DNA of 64,000 nucleotides, from NCBI GenBank assembly GCA_964016885.1, contig OZ024742.1, forward strand, positions 373,302,001-373,366,000. The letters are read 5' to 3'. A program made the position numbers and the translations under genes. This DNA is from Eledone cirrhosa (Eukaryota). Positions 12,701 to 28,200 of this stretch are shown here, piece after piece. Each line of letters begins with the position of its first letter. Positions within the stretch are counted from its first letter, which is position 1. The notes beneath the pieces are model-generated. The model worked only from the letters and a program-made list of their open reading frames with translations, had not been told where the DNA came from and searched no databases.

Positions 12701-15700
12701 AGTCACACAAGCCACATATTGGTCTGATAGTCCCACAAGTCACATACCTCTGATAGTCCCATAAGCCACATATTAGTCTGATAGTCCCACAAGCCACATA
12801 CATCTGATAGTCCTACAAGCCACATACCTCTGATAGTCCCACAAGCCACATACCTCTGATAGTCCCACAAGCCACATACCTCTGATAGTCCCACAAGCCA
12901 CATACCTCTGATAGTCTCACAAGCCACATACCTCTGATAGTCCCACTAGCCACATACCTCTGATAGTCCCACAAGCTACATACCTCTCATAGTCCCACAA
13001 GCCACATACCTCTCATAGTCCAACACGCCACATATTAGTTTGATAGTCCCACAAGCCACATACCTCTGATAGTCCCACAAACCACATACCTCTGATAGTC
13101 CCACAAGCCGCATATTAGTCTGATAGTCCCACAGGTCACATATCTCTGATAGTCCCACAAGCCACATACCTCTGATAGTCCCACAAGCCACATACCTCTG
13201 ATAGTCCCACAATCCACATACCTCTGATAGTCTCACAAGCCACATACCTCTGATACTCCCACTAGCCACATACCTCTGATAGTCCCACAAGCTACATACC
13301 TCTCATAGTCCCACAAGCCACATACCTCTCATAGTCCAACACGCCACATATTAGTTTGATAGTCCCACAAGCCACATACCTCTGATAGTCCCACAAACCA
13401 CATACCTCTGATAGTCCGACAAGCCACATATTAGTCTGATAGTCCCACAGGTCACATACCTCTGATAGTCCATCAAGCCACATACCTCTGATAGTCCCAC
13501 AAGCCACATACCTCTGATAGTCCCACAAGCCACATACCTCTGATAGTCCCACAAGCCACATATTAGTCTGATAGTCCCACAAGCCACATACCTCTGATAG
13601 TCCCACAAGCCACATACCTCTGATAGTTCCACAAGCCACATATTAGTCTGATAGTCCCACAAGTCACATACCTCTGATAGTCCCACAGGCCACATATTAG
13701 TCTGATAGTCCCACAAGCCACATACCTCTGATAGTCCCACAAGTCACATGCCTCTAATAGTCCCACAATTCACATACCTCTGATAGTCCCACAGGCCACA
13801 TATTAGTCTGATAGTCCCACAAGCCACATACCTCTGATAGTCCCACAAGCCACATACCTCTGATAGTCCCACAAACCACATACCTCTGATAGTCCCACAA
13901 GCCACATACCTCTGATAGTCCCACAAGCCACATATTCGTCTGATAGTCCCACAAGTCACATACCTCTGATAGTCCCACAAGCCACATATTCGTCTGATAG
14001 TCCCACAAGTCACATACCTCCTATAGTCCCACAAGCCACATATTCGTCTGATAGTCCCACAAGTCACATACCTCTGATAGTCCCACAAACCACATACCTC
14101 TGATAGTCCCACAAGCCACATACCTCTGATAGTCCCACAAGCCACATATTCGTCTGATAGTCCCACAAGCCACATACCTCTGATAGTCCCACAAGTCACA
14201 TACCTCCGATAGTCCCACAAGCCACATATTAGTCTGATAGTCTTACAAGCCACATACCTCTGATAGTCCCACAAGCCACATACCTCTAATAGTCCCACAA
14301 GTCACATAACTCTGATAGTCCCACAAGTCACATACATCTGATAGTCCCACAAGCCACATAATAGTCTGATAGTCCCACAAGCGACATATTAGTCTAATAG
14401 TCGCACAAACCACATAGTTCTGATAGTCCCACAAGCCACATACTTCTGATAGTCCCACAAGCCACATACTGCTGATAGTCCCACAAGCCACATATTGGTT
14501 TGATAGTCCCACAAGTCACATACCTCTGATAGTCCCATAAGCCACATATTAGTCTGATAGTCCCACAAGCCACATACCTCTGATAGTCCCACAAGCCACA
14601 TACCTCTGATAGTCCCACAAGCCACATACCTCTGATAGTCCCACAAGCCACATATTAGTCTGATAGTCCCACAGGTCACATACCTCTGATAGTCCCACAA
14701 GCCACATACCTCTGATAGTCCCACAAGCCACATATTAGTGTGATAGTCCCACAAGCCACATACCTCTGATAGTCCCACAAAACACATACCTCTGATAGTC
14801 CCACAAGCCACATACATATGATAGTCCCACAAGCCACATATTCGTCTGATAGTCCCACAAGCCACATACCTCTGATAGTCCCACAAGCCACATACCTCTG
14901 ATAGTCCTACAAGTCACATACCTCCGATAGTCCCACAAGCCACATATTAGTCTGATAGTCTTACAAGCCACATACCTCTGATAGTCCAACAAGCCACATA
15001 CCTCTAATAGTCCCACAAGTCACATACCTCTGATAGTCCCACAAGTCACATACCTCTGATAGTCCCACAAGCCACATATTAGTCTGATAGTCCCACAAGC
15101 TACATATTAGTCTAATAGTCCCACAAACCACATAGTTCTGATAGTCCCACAAGCCACATACTTCTGATAGTCCCACAAGCCACATACTGCTGATAGTCAC
15201 ACAAGCCACATATTGGTCTGATAGTCCCACAAGTCACATACCTCTGATAGTCCCATAAGCCACATATTAGTCTGATAGTCCCACAAGCCACATACAGCTG
15301 ATAGTCCTACAAGCCACATACCTCTGATAGTCCCACAAGCCACATACCTCTGATAGTCCCACAAGCCACATACCTCTGATAGTCCCACAAGCCACATACC
15401 TCTGATAGTCTCACAAGCCACATACCTCTCATAGTCCCACTAGCCACATACCTCTGATAGTCCCACAAGCTACATACCTCTCATAGTCCCACAAGCCACA
15501 TACCTCTCATAGTCCAACACGCCACATATTAGTTTGATAGTCCCACAAGCCACATACCTCTGATAGTCCCACAAACCACATACCTCTGATAGTCCCACAA
15601 GCCGCATATTAGTCTGATAGTCCCACAGGCCACATATCTCTGATAGTCCCACAAGCCACATACCTCTGATAGTCCCACAATCCACATACCTCTTATAGTC

Positions 15701-15950
15701 TCACAAGCCACATACCTCTGATAGTCCCACTAGCCACATACCTCTGATAGTCCCACAAGTTACATACCTCTCATAGTCCCACAAGCCACATACCTCTCAT
15801 AGTCCAACACGCCACATATTAGTTTGATAGTCCCACAAGCCACATACCTCTGATAGTCCCACAAACCACATACCTCTGATAGTCCCACAAGCCACATATT
15901 AGTCTGATAGTCCCACAGGTCACATACCTCTGATAGTCCCACAAACCACA
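6400..15950. repeat. Left-domain higher-order repeat of about 2.5 kb with length-variant units (spacings 2122, 2520, 1510, 2494 bp)
   Basis: An identical 115-aa pseudo-ORF lies at 7140, 9262, 11782 and 13292. ORFs 12976/15470 differ by 2494, 9714/13744 and 10213/14243 by 4030, and 10957/14961 by 4004. Confidence 0.85.
10790..13830. repeat. 1510-bp tandem duplication
   Basis: ORF pairs 10957/12467, 11466/12976, 11782/13292 and 12053/13563 differ by 1510. The private variant tgatactcccactag is at 11741 and 13251 but not at the homologous 9221. Confidence 0.9.
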
Positions 15951-17229
15951 TACCTCTGATAGTCCCACAAGCCACATATTTGTCTGATAGTCCCACAAGC
16001 CACATACCTCTAGTAGTCCCACAAGCCACATACCTCTAGTAGTCCCACAAGTCACATACCTCTGATAGTCCCACAAGTCACATTCCTCTGATAGTCCCAC
16101 AAGCCACATATTAGTCTGATAGTCCCACAAGTCACATACCTCTGATAGTCCCACAAGCCACATATTAGTCTGATAGTCCCACAAGTCACATACCTTTGAT
16201 AGTCCCACAAGCCACATATTAATCTGATAGTCCCAAAAGCCACATACCTCTGATAGTCCCACAAGCCACATATTAGTCTGATAGTCCCACAAGCCACATA
16301 CCTCTGATAGTCCCACAAGCCACATACCTCTGATAGTCCCACAAGCCACATACCTCTGATAGTCCCACAAGCCACATACCTCTGATAGTCCCACAACTCA
16401 CATACCTCTGATAGTCCTACAAGCCACATATTAATCTGATAGTCCCACAAGCCACATACTTCTGATAGTCCCACAAGCCACATACCTCTGATAGTCCCAC
16501 AAGCCACATATTAGTGTGATAGTCCCACAAGCCACATACCTCTGATAGTCCCACAGGCCACATACTGCTGATAGTCCCACAAGACACATATTAGTCTGAT
16601 AGTCCCACAAGTCACATACCTCTGATAGTCCCACAAACCACATACCTCTGATAGTCCCACAAGCCACATATTAGTCTGATAGTCCCACAGGTCACATACC
16701 TCTGATAGTCCCACAAGCCACATACCTCTGATAGTCCCACAAGCCACATACCTCTGATAGTCCCACAAGTCACATACCTCTGATAGTCCCACAAGTCACA
16801 TACCTCTGATAGTCCCACAAGCCACATACCTCTGATAGTTCCACAAGCCACATACCTCTGATAGTCTCACAAGCCACATTCCTCTGATAGTCCCACAAGC
16901 CACATACCTCTGATAGTCCCACAAGCCACATATTCGTCTGATAGTCCCACAGGTCACATACCTCTGATAGTCCCACAAGCCACATACCTCTGATAGTCCC
17001 ACAAGCCACATATTAGTCTGATAGTCCCACAAGACACATACCTCTGATAGGCCCACAAGCTACATATTAGTCTGATAGTCCCACAAGTCACATACCTCTG
17101 ATAGTCCCACAAGCCACATAACTCTGATAGTCCATCAAGCCACATACCTCTGATAGTCCCACAAGCCACATACCTCTGATAGTCCCATAAGCCACATACC
17201 TCTGATAGTCCCACAAGCCACATATTAGT

Positions 17230-20200
17230 CTGATAGTCCCACAAGCCACATACCTCTGATAGTCCCACAAGCCACATACCTCTGATAGTTCCACAAGCCA
17301 CATATTAGTCTGATAGTCCCACAAGTCACATACCTCTGATAGTCCCACAGGCCACATATTAGTCTGATAGTCCCACAAGCCACATACCTCTGATAGTCCC
17401 ACAAGTCACATGCCTCTAATAGTCCCACAAGTCACATACCTCTGATAGTCCCACAGGCCACATATTAGTCTGATAGTCCCACAAGCCACATACCTCTGAT
17501 AGTCCCACAAGCCACATACCTCTGATAGTCCCACAAACCACATACCTCTGATAGTCCCACAAGCCACATACCTCTGATAGTCCCACAAGCCACATATTCG
17601 TCTGATAGTCCCACAAGTCACATACCTCTGATAGTCCCACAAGCCACATATTCGTCTAATAGTCCCACAAGTCACATACCTCCGATAGACCCACAAGCCA
17701 CATATTCGTCTGATAGTCCCACAAGTCACATACCTCTGATAGTCCCACAAGCCACATATTAGTCTGATAGTCCCACAAGCCACATACCTCTGATAGTCCC
17801 ACAAACCACATACCTCTGATAGTCCCACAAGCCACATACCTCTGATAGTCCCACAAGCCACATATTCGTCTGATAGTCCCACAAGCCACATACCTCTGAT
17901 AGTCCCACAAGCCACATACCTCTGATAGTCCCACAAGTCACATACCTCCGATAGTCCCACAAGCCACATATTAGTCTGATAGTCTTACAAGCCACATACC
18001 TCTGATAGTCCCACAAGCCACATACCTCTAATAGTCCCACAAGTCACATACCTCTGATAGTCCCACAAGTCACATACCTCTGATAGTCCCACAAGCCACA
18101 TATTAGTCTGATAGTCCCACAAGCCACATATTAGTCTAATAGTCCCACAAACCACATAGTTCTGATAGTCCCACAAGCCACATACTTCTGATAGTCCCAC
18201 AAGCCACATACTGCTGATAGTCCCACAAGCCACATATTGGTTTGATAGTCCCACAAGTCACATACCTCTGATAGTCCCATAAGCCACATATTAGTCTGAT
18301 AGTCCCACAAGCCACATACATCTGATAGTCCCACAAGCCACATACCTCTGATAGTCCCACAAGCCAAATACCTCTGATAGTCCCACAAGCCACATACCTC
18401 TGATAGTCCCACAAGCCACATATTAGTGTGATAGTCCCACAAGCCACATACCTCTGATAGTCCCACAAACCACATACCTCTGATAGTCCCACAAGCCACA
18501 TACATATGATAGTCCCACAAGCCACATATTCGTCTGATAGTCCCACAAGCCACATACCTCTGATAGTCCCACAAGCCACATACCTCTGATAGTCCCACAA
18601 GTCACATACCTCCGATAGTCCCACAAGCCACATATTAGTCTGATAGTCTTACAAGCCACATACCTCTGATAGTTCCACAAGCCACATACCTCTAATAGTC
18701 CCACAAGTCACATACCTCTGATAGTCCCACAAGTCACATACCTCTGATAGTCCCACAAGCCACATATTAGTCTGATAGTCCCACAAGCCACATATTAGTC
18801 TAATAGTCCCACAAACCACATAGTTCTGATAGTCCCACAAGCCACATACTTCTGATAGTCCCACAAGCCACATACTGCTGATAGTCACACAAGCCACATA
18901 TTGGTCTGATAGTCCCACAAGTCACATACCTCTGATAGTCCCATAAGCCACATATTAGTCTGATAGTCCCACAAGCCACATACATCTGATAGTCCCACAA
19001 GCCACATACCTCTGATAGTCCCACAAGCCACATACCTCTGATAGTCCCACAAGCCACATACCTCTGATAGTCCCACAAGCCACATACCTCTGATAGTCTC
19101 ACAAGCCACATACCTCTGATAGTCCCACTAGCCACATACCTCTGATAGTCCCACAAGCTACATACCTCTCATAGTCCCACAAGCCACATACCTCTCATAG
19201 TCCAACACGCCACATATTAGTTTGATAGTCCCACAAGCCACATACCTCTGATAGTCCCACAAACCACATACCTCTGATAGTCCCACAAGCCGCATATTAG
19301 TCTGATAGTCCCACAGGTCACATATCTCTGATAGTCCCACAAGCCACATACCTCTGATAGTCCCACAAGCCACATACCTCTGATAGTCCCACAATCCACA
19401 TACCTCTGATAGTCTCACACGCCACATACCTCTGATAGTCCCACTAGCCACATACCTCTGATAGTCCCACAAGCTACATACCTCTCATAGTCCCACAAGC
19501 CACATACCTCTCATAGTCCAACACGCCACATATTAGTTTGATAGTCCCACAAGCGACATACCTCTGATAGTCCCACAAACCACATACCTCTGATAGTCCC
19601 ACAAGCCACATATTAGTCTGATAGTCCCACAGGTCACATACCTCTGATAGTCCCACAAGCCACATACCTCTGATAGTCCCACAAGTCACATACCTCCGAT
19701 AGTCCCACAAGCCACATATTAGTCTGATAGTCTTACAAGCCACATACCTCTGATAGTCCCACAAGCCACATACCTCTAGTAGTCCCACAAGCCACATACC
19801 TCTAGTAGTCCCACAAGTCACATACCTCTGATAGTCCCACAAGTCACATACCTCTGATAGTCCCACAAGCCACATATTAGTTTGATAGTCCCACAAGTCA
19901 CATACCTCTGATAGTCCCACAAGCCACATATTAGTCTGATAGTCCCACAAGTCACATACCTTTGATAGTCCCACAAGCCACATATTAATCTGATAGTCCC
20001 ACAAGCCACATAACTCTGATAGTCCCACAAGCCACATATTAGTCTGATAGTCCCACAAGCCACATACCTCTGATAGTCCCACAAGCCACATACCTCTGAT
20101 AGTCCCACAAGCCACATACCTCTGATAGTCCCACAAGCCACATACCTCTGATAGTCCCACAAGTCACATACCTCTGATAGTCCTACAAGCCACATATTAA

Positions 20201-23200
20201 TCTGATAGTCCCACAAGCCACATACTTCTGATAGTCCCACAAGCCACATACCTCTGATAGTCCCACAAGTCACATACTTCTGATAGTCCTACAAGCCACA
20301 TATTAATCTGATAGTCCCACAAGCCACATACCTCTGATAGTCCCACAAGCCACATACCTCTGATAGTCCCACACGCAACATATTAGTCTGATAGTCCCAC
20401 AAGCCACATACTTCTGATAGTCCCACAAGCCACATACCTCTGATAGTCTCACAAGCCACATATTAGTCTGATAGTCCCACAAGCCACATATTTCTGATAG
20501 TCCCACAAGTTATATACCTCTGATAGTCCCACAAGTCACATACCTCTTATAGTCCCAGAAACCACATACTTCTGATAGTCCCATAAGCCACATATTAATC
20601 TGATAGTCCCACAAGCCACATACCTCTGATAGTCACACAAGCCACATGTTAGTCTGATAGTCCCACAAGTGACATACCTCTGATAGTCCCACAAACCACA
20701 TATTAGTCTGATAGTTCCACAAGCCACATACCTCTGATAGTCCCACAAGCCACATACCTCTGATAGTCCCACAAGCCACATATTAGTCTGATAGTCCCAC
20801 AAGCCACATACCTCTGATAGTCCCACAAGCCACATACCTCTGATAGTCCCACAAGCCACATACCTCTGATAGTCCCACAAGCCACATATTAGTCTGATAG
20901 CCCCACAAGTGACATACCTCTGATAGTCCCACAAGCCACATACTTCTGATAGTCCCACAAGCCACATACCTCTGATAGTCCCACAAGTCACATACCTCTG
21001 ATAGTCCTACAAGCCACATATTAATCTGATAGTCCCACAAGCCACATACCTCTGATAGTCCCACAAGCCACATACCTCTGATAGTCCCACAAGCCACATA
21101 CCTCTGATAGTCCCACAAGCCACATATTAGTCTGATAGTTCCACAGGCCACATACCTCTGATAGTCCCACAAGCCACATATTAGTCTGATAGTCCCACAA
21201 GCCAGAAAGCTCTGATAGTCCCACAAGCCACATACCTCTGATAGTCCCACAAGCCACATACTGCTGATAGTCCCACAAGCCACATATTGGTCTGATAGTC
21301 CCTCAAGTCACATACCTCTGATAGTCCCACAAGCCACATACCTCTGATAGTCCATCAAGCCACATACCTCTGATAGTCCCACAAGCCACATACCTCTGAT
21401 AGTCCCACAAGCCACATATTAGTCTGATAGTCCCACAAGCCACATACCTCTGATAGTCCCACAAGCCACATATTAGTGTGATAGTCCCACAAGCCACATA
21501 CCTCTGATAGTCCCACAAGCCACATATTAGTCTGATAGTCCCACAAGCGACATACCTCTGATAGTCCCACAAGCCACATACCTCTGATAGTCCCACATGT
21601 CACATACCTACGACAGTCCCACAAGCCACATATTAGTCTGATAGTCTTACAAGCCACATACCTCTGATAGTCCCACAAGTCACATACCTCTGATAGTCCC
21701 ACAAGCCACATATTAGTCTGAAAGTCCCACAAGCCACATATTAGTCTGATAGTCCCACAAACCACATAGTTCTGATAGTCCCACAAGCCACATATAAGTA
21801 TCATAGTCCCACAAGCCACATACTGCTGATAGTCCCACAAGCCACATATTGGTCTGATAGTCCCACAAGTCACATACCTCTGATAGTCCCATAAGCCACA
21901 TATTAATCTGATAGTCCCACAAGCCACATATATCTGATAGTCCCACAAGCCACATACCTCTGATAGTCCCACAAACCACATATTAGTCTGATAGTTCCAC
22001 AAGCCACATACCTCTGATAGTCCCACAAGCCAGATAATTGTCTGATAGTCCCACAGGTCACATATCTCTGATAGTCCCACAAGCCACATACCTCTGATAG
22101 TCCCACAAGCCACATACCTCTGATAGTCCCACAAGCCACATACCTCTGATAGTCTCACAAGCCACATACCTCTGATAGTCCCACTAGCCACATACCTCTG
22201 ACAGTCCCACAAGCTACATACATCTCATAGTCCCACAAGCCACATACCTCTCATAGTCCAACACGCCACATATTAGTTTGATAGGCCCACAAGCCACATG
22301 CCTCTGATAGTCCCACAAGCCACATATTAGTCTGATAGTCCCACAGGTCACATACTTCTGATAGTCCCACAAACCACATATCTCTGATAGTCCCACAAGC
22401 CACATATTAGTCTGATAGTCCATCAAGCCACATACCTCTGATAGTCCCACAAGCCACATACCTCTGATAGTCCCACAAGTCACATACCTCTGATAGTCCC
22501 ACAAGTCACATACCTCTGATAGTCCCACAAGCCACATACCTCTGATAGTACCACAAGCCACATACCTCTGATTGTCCCACAAGCCACATACCTCTGATAG
22601 TCCCACAAGGCACATACCTCTGATAGTCCCACAAGCCACATGTTAGTCTGATAGTCCCACAAGCCAGATACCTCTGATAGTCCCACAAGCCACATATTAG
22701 TCTGATAGTCCCACAAGTCACATACCTCTGATTGTCCCACAAGCCACATATTAGTCTGATAGTCCCACAAGTCACATACCTCTGATAGTCTTACAAGCCA
22801 CATATTAGTATGATAGTCCCACAAGCCACATGCCTCTGATAGTCCCACAAGCCACATATTAGTCTGATAGTCCCACAGGTCACATACCTCTGATAGTCCC
22901 ACAAGCCACATATTAGTCTGATAGTCCCACAAATCACATACCTTTGATAGTCCCACAAGCCACATATTAATCTGATAGTCCCACAAGCCACATACCTCTG
23001 ATAGTCCCACAAGCCACATATTAGTCTGATAGTCCCACAAGCCACATACCTCTGATAGTCCCACAAGCCACATACCTCTGATAGTCCCACAAGCCACATA
23101 CCTCTGATAGTCCCACAAGCCACATACCTCTGATAGTCCCACAAGTCACATACCTTTGGTAGTCCTACAAGCAACATATTAATCTAATAGTCCCACAAAC

Positions 23201-25290
23201 CACATACCTCTGATAGTCCCACACGCAACATATTAGCCTGATAGTCCCACAAGCCACATACCTCTGATAGTCCCACAAGCCACATACCTCTGATAGTTCC
23301 ACAAGCCACATATTAGTCTGATAGTCCCACAAGTCACATACCTCTGATAGTCCCACAGGCCACATATTAGTCTGATAGTCCCACAAGCCACATACCTCTG
23401 ATAGTCCCACAAGTCACATGCCTCTAATAGTCCCACAAGTCACATACCTCTGATAGTCCCACAGGCCACATATTAGTCTGATAGTCCCACAAGCCACATA
23501 CCTCTGATAGTCCCACAAGCCACACACCTCTGATAGTCCCACAAGCCACATACCTCTGATAGTCCCACAAGCCACATATTCGTCTGATAGTCCCACAAGT
23601 CACATACCTCTGATAGTCCCACAAGCCACATATTCGTCTGATAGTCCCACAAGTCACATACCTCCGATAGTCCCACAAGCCACATATTCGACTGATAGTC
23701 CCACAAGTCACATACCTCTGATAGTCCCACAAGCCACATATTAGTCTGATAGTCCCACAAGCCACATACCTCTGATAGTCCCACAAGCCACATACCTCTG
23801 ATAGTCCCACAAGCCACATATTCGTCTGATAGTCCCACAAGCCACATACCTCTGATAGTCCCACAAGCCACATACCTCTGATAGTCCCACAAGTCACATA
23901 CCTCCGATAGTCCCACAAGCCACATATTAGTCTGATAGTCTTACAAGCCACATACCTCTGATAGTCCCACAAGCCACATACCTCTAATAGTCCCACAAGT
24001 CACATACCTCTGATAGTCCCACAAGTCACATACCTCTGATAGTCCCACAAGCCACATATTAGTCTGATAGTCCCACAAGCCACATATTAGTCTAATAGTC
24101 CCACAAACCACATAGTTCTGATAGTCCCACAAGCCACATACTTCTCATAGTCCCACAAGCCACATACTGCTGATAGTCCCACAAGCCACATATTGGTTTG
24201 ATAGTCCCACAAGTCACATACCTCTGATAGTCCCATAAGCCACATATTAGTCTGATAGTCCCACAAGCCACATACATCTGATAGTCCCACAAGCCACATA
24301 CCTCTGATAGTCCCACAAGCCACATACCTCTGATAGTCCCACAAGCCACATACCTCTGATAGTCCCACAAACCACATATTAGTTTGATAGTCCCACAAGC
24401 CACATACCTCTGAAAGTCCCACAAACCACATACCTCTGATAGTCCCACAAGCCACATACATATGATAGTCCCACAAGCCACATATTCGTCTGATAGTCCC
24501 ACAAGCCACATACCTCTGATAGTCCCACAAGCCACATACCTCTGATAGTCCCACAAGTCACATACCTCCGATAGTCCCACAAGCCACATATTAGTCTGAT
24601 AGTCTTACAAGCCACATACCTCTGATAGTCCCACAAGCCACATACCTCTAATAGTCCCACACGTCACATACCTCTGATAGTCCCACAAGTCACATACCTC
24701 TGATAGTCCCACAAGCCACATATTAGTCTGATAGTCCCACAAGCCACATATTAGTCTAATAGTCCCACAAACCACATAGTTCTGATAGTCCCACAAGCCA
24801 CATACTTCTGATAGTCCCACAAGCCACATACTGCTGATAGTCACACAAGCCACATATTGGTCTGATAGTCCCACAAGTCACATACCTCTGATAGACCCAT
24901 AAGCCACATATTAGTCTGATAGTCCCACAAGCCACATACATCTGATAGTCCCACAAGCCACATACCTCTGATAGTCCCACAAGCCACATACCTCTGATAG
25001 TCCCACAAGCCACATACCTCTGATAGTCCCACAAGCCACATACCTCTGATAGTCTCACAAGCCACATACCTCTGATAGTCCCACTAGCCACATAGCTCTG
25101 ATAGTCCCACAAGCTACATACCTCTCATAGTCCCACAAGCCACATACCTCTCATAGTCCAACACGCCACATATTAGTTTGATAGTCCCACAAGCCACATA
25201 CCTCTGATAGGCCCACAAACCACATACCTCTGATAGTCCCACAAGCCACATATTAGTCTGATAGTCCCACAGGTCACATACCTCTGATAG
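17230..25290. repeat. Block of about 2 kb repeated at 5956-6008-bp offset (about 17230-19330 and 23240-25290)
   Basis: ORF pairs 17225/23233 and 17406/23414 differ by 6008. Pairs 17985/23941, 18131/24087, 18649/24605 and 19158/25114 differ by 5956. The difference of 52 equals two A monomers. Confidence 0.85.
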
Positions 25291-28200
25291 TCCCACAAAC
25301 CACATACCTCTGATAGTCCCCCAAGCCACATATTTGTCTGATAGTCCCACAGGTCACATACCTCTGATAGTCCCACAAGCCACATACCTCTGATAGTCCC
25401 ACAAGTCACATACCTCCGATAGTCCCACAAGCCACATATTAGTCTGATAGTCTTACAAGCCACATACCTCTGATAGTCCCACAAGCCACATACCTCTAGT
25501 AGTCCCACAAGCCACATACCTCTAGTAGTCCCACAAGTCACATACCTCTGTTAGTCCCACAAGTCACATACCTCTGATAGTCCCACAAGCCACATATTAG
25601 TTTGATAGTCCCACAAGTCACATACCTCTGATAGTCCCACAAGCCACATATTAGTCTGATAGTCCCACAAGTCACATACCTTTGATAGTCCCACAAGCCA
25701 CATATTAATCTGATAGTCCCACAAGCCACATACCTCTGATAGTCCCACAAGCCACATATTAGTCTGATAGTCCCACAAGCCACATACCTCTGATAGTCCC
25801 ACAAGCCACATACCTCTGATAGTCCCACAAGCCACATACCTCTGATAGTCCCACAAGCCACATACCTCTGATAGTCCCACAAGCCACATATTAGTCTGAT
25901 AGTTCCACAGGCCACATACCTCTGATGGTCCCACAAGCCACATATTAGTCTGATAGTCCCACAAGCCAGAAAGCTCTGATAGTCCCACAAGCCACATACC
26001 TCTGATAGTCCCACAAGCCACATACTGCTGATAGTCCCACAAGCCACATATTGGTCTGATAGTCCCTCAAGTCACATACCTCTGATAGTCCCACAAGCCA
26101 CATACCTCTGATAGTCCATCAAGCCACATACCTCTGATAGTCCCACAAGCCACATACCTCTGATAGTCCCACAAACCACATATTAGTCTGATAGTCCCAC
26201 AAGCCACATACCTCTGATAGTCCCACAAGCCACATATTAGTGTGATAGTCCCACAAGCCACATACCTACGATAGTCCCACAAGCCACATATTAGTCTGAT
26301 AGTCTTACAAGCCACATACCTCTGATAGTCCCACAAGTCACATACCTCTGATAGTCCCACAAGCCACATATTAGTCTGATAGTCCCACAAGCCACATATT
26401 AGTCTGATAGTCCCACAAACCACATAGTTCTGATAGTCCCACAAGCCACATATAAGTATCATAGTCCCACAAGCCACATACTGCTGATAGTCCCACAAGC
26501 CACATATTGGTCTGATAGTCCCACAAGTCACATTCCTCTGATAGTCCCATAAGCCACATATTAATCTGATAGTCCCACAAGCCACATACATCTGATAGTC
26601 CCACAAGCCACATACCTCTGATAGTCCCACAAACCACATATTAGTCTGATAGTTCCACAAGCCACATACCTCTGATAGTCCCACAAGCCAGATAATTGTC
26701 TGATAGTCCCACAGGTCACATATCTCTGATAGTCCCACAAGCCACATACCTCTGATAGTCCCACAAGCCACATACCTCTGATAGTCCCACAAGCCACATA
26801 CCTCTGATAGTCTCACAAGCCACATACCTCTGATAGTCCCACTAGCCACATACCTCTGACAGTCCCACAAGCTACATACCTCTCATAGTCCCACAAGCCA
26901 CATACCTCTCATAGTCCAACACGCCACATATTAGTTTGATAGTCCCACAAGCCACATACCTCTGATAGTCCCACAAACCACATACCTCTGATAGTCCCAC
27001 AAGCCACATATTAGTCTGATAGTCCCACAGGTCACATACTTCTGATAGTCCCACAAACCACATATCTCTGATAGTCCCACAAGCCACATATTAGTCTGAT
27101 AGTCCATCAAGCCACATACCTCTGATAGTCCCACAAGCCACATACCTCTGATAGTCCCACAAGTCACATACCTCTGATAGTCCCACAAGTCACATACCTC
27201 TGATAGTCCCACAAGCCACATACCTCTGATAGTACCACAAGCCACATACCTCTGATTGTCCCACAAGCCACATACCTCTGATAGTCCCACAAGGCACATA
27301 CCTCTGATAGTCCCACAAGCCACATATTAGTCTGATAGTCCCACAAGCCACATACCTCTGATAGTCCCACAAGCCACATATTAGTCTGATAGTCCCACAA
27401 GTCACATACCTCTGATTGTCCCACAAGCCACATATTAGTCTGATAGTCCCACCAGTCACATACCTCTGATAGTCTTACAAGCCACATATTAGTATGATAG
27501 TCCCACAAGCCACATGCCTCTGATAGTCCCACAAGCCACATATTAGTCTGATACTCCCACAAATCACATACCTTTGATAGTCCCACAAGCCACATATTAA
27601 TCTGATAGTCCCACAAGCCACATATTAGACTGATAGTCCCACAAGCCACATACCTCTGATAGTCCCACAAGCCACATACCTCTGATAGTCCCACAAGCCA
27701 CATACCTCTGATAGTCCCACAAGCCACATACCTCTGATAGTCCCACAAGTCACATACCTTTGGTAGTCCTACAAGCAACATATTAATCTGATAGTCCCAC
27801 AAACCACATACCTCTGATAGTCCCACACGCAACATATTAGTCTGATAGTCCCACAAGCCACATACTTCTGATAGTCCCACAAGCCACATATTAGTCTGAT
27901 AGTCCCACAAGTGACATACCTCTGATAGTCCCACAAACCACATATTAGTCTGATAGTTCCACAAGCCACATACCTCTGATAGTCCCACAAGCCACATATT
28001 AGTCTGATAGTCCCACAGGTCACATATCTCTGATAGTCCCACAAGCCACATACCTCTGATAGTCCCACAAGCCACATACCTCTGATAGTCCCACAAGCCA
28101 CATACCTCTGATAGTCCCACAAGCCACATATTAGTCTGATAGTTCCACAGGCCACATACCTCTGATAGTCCCACAAGCCACATATTAGTCTGATAGTCCC

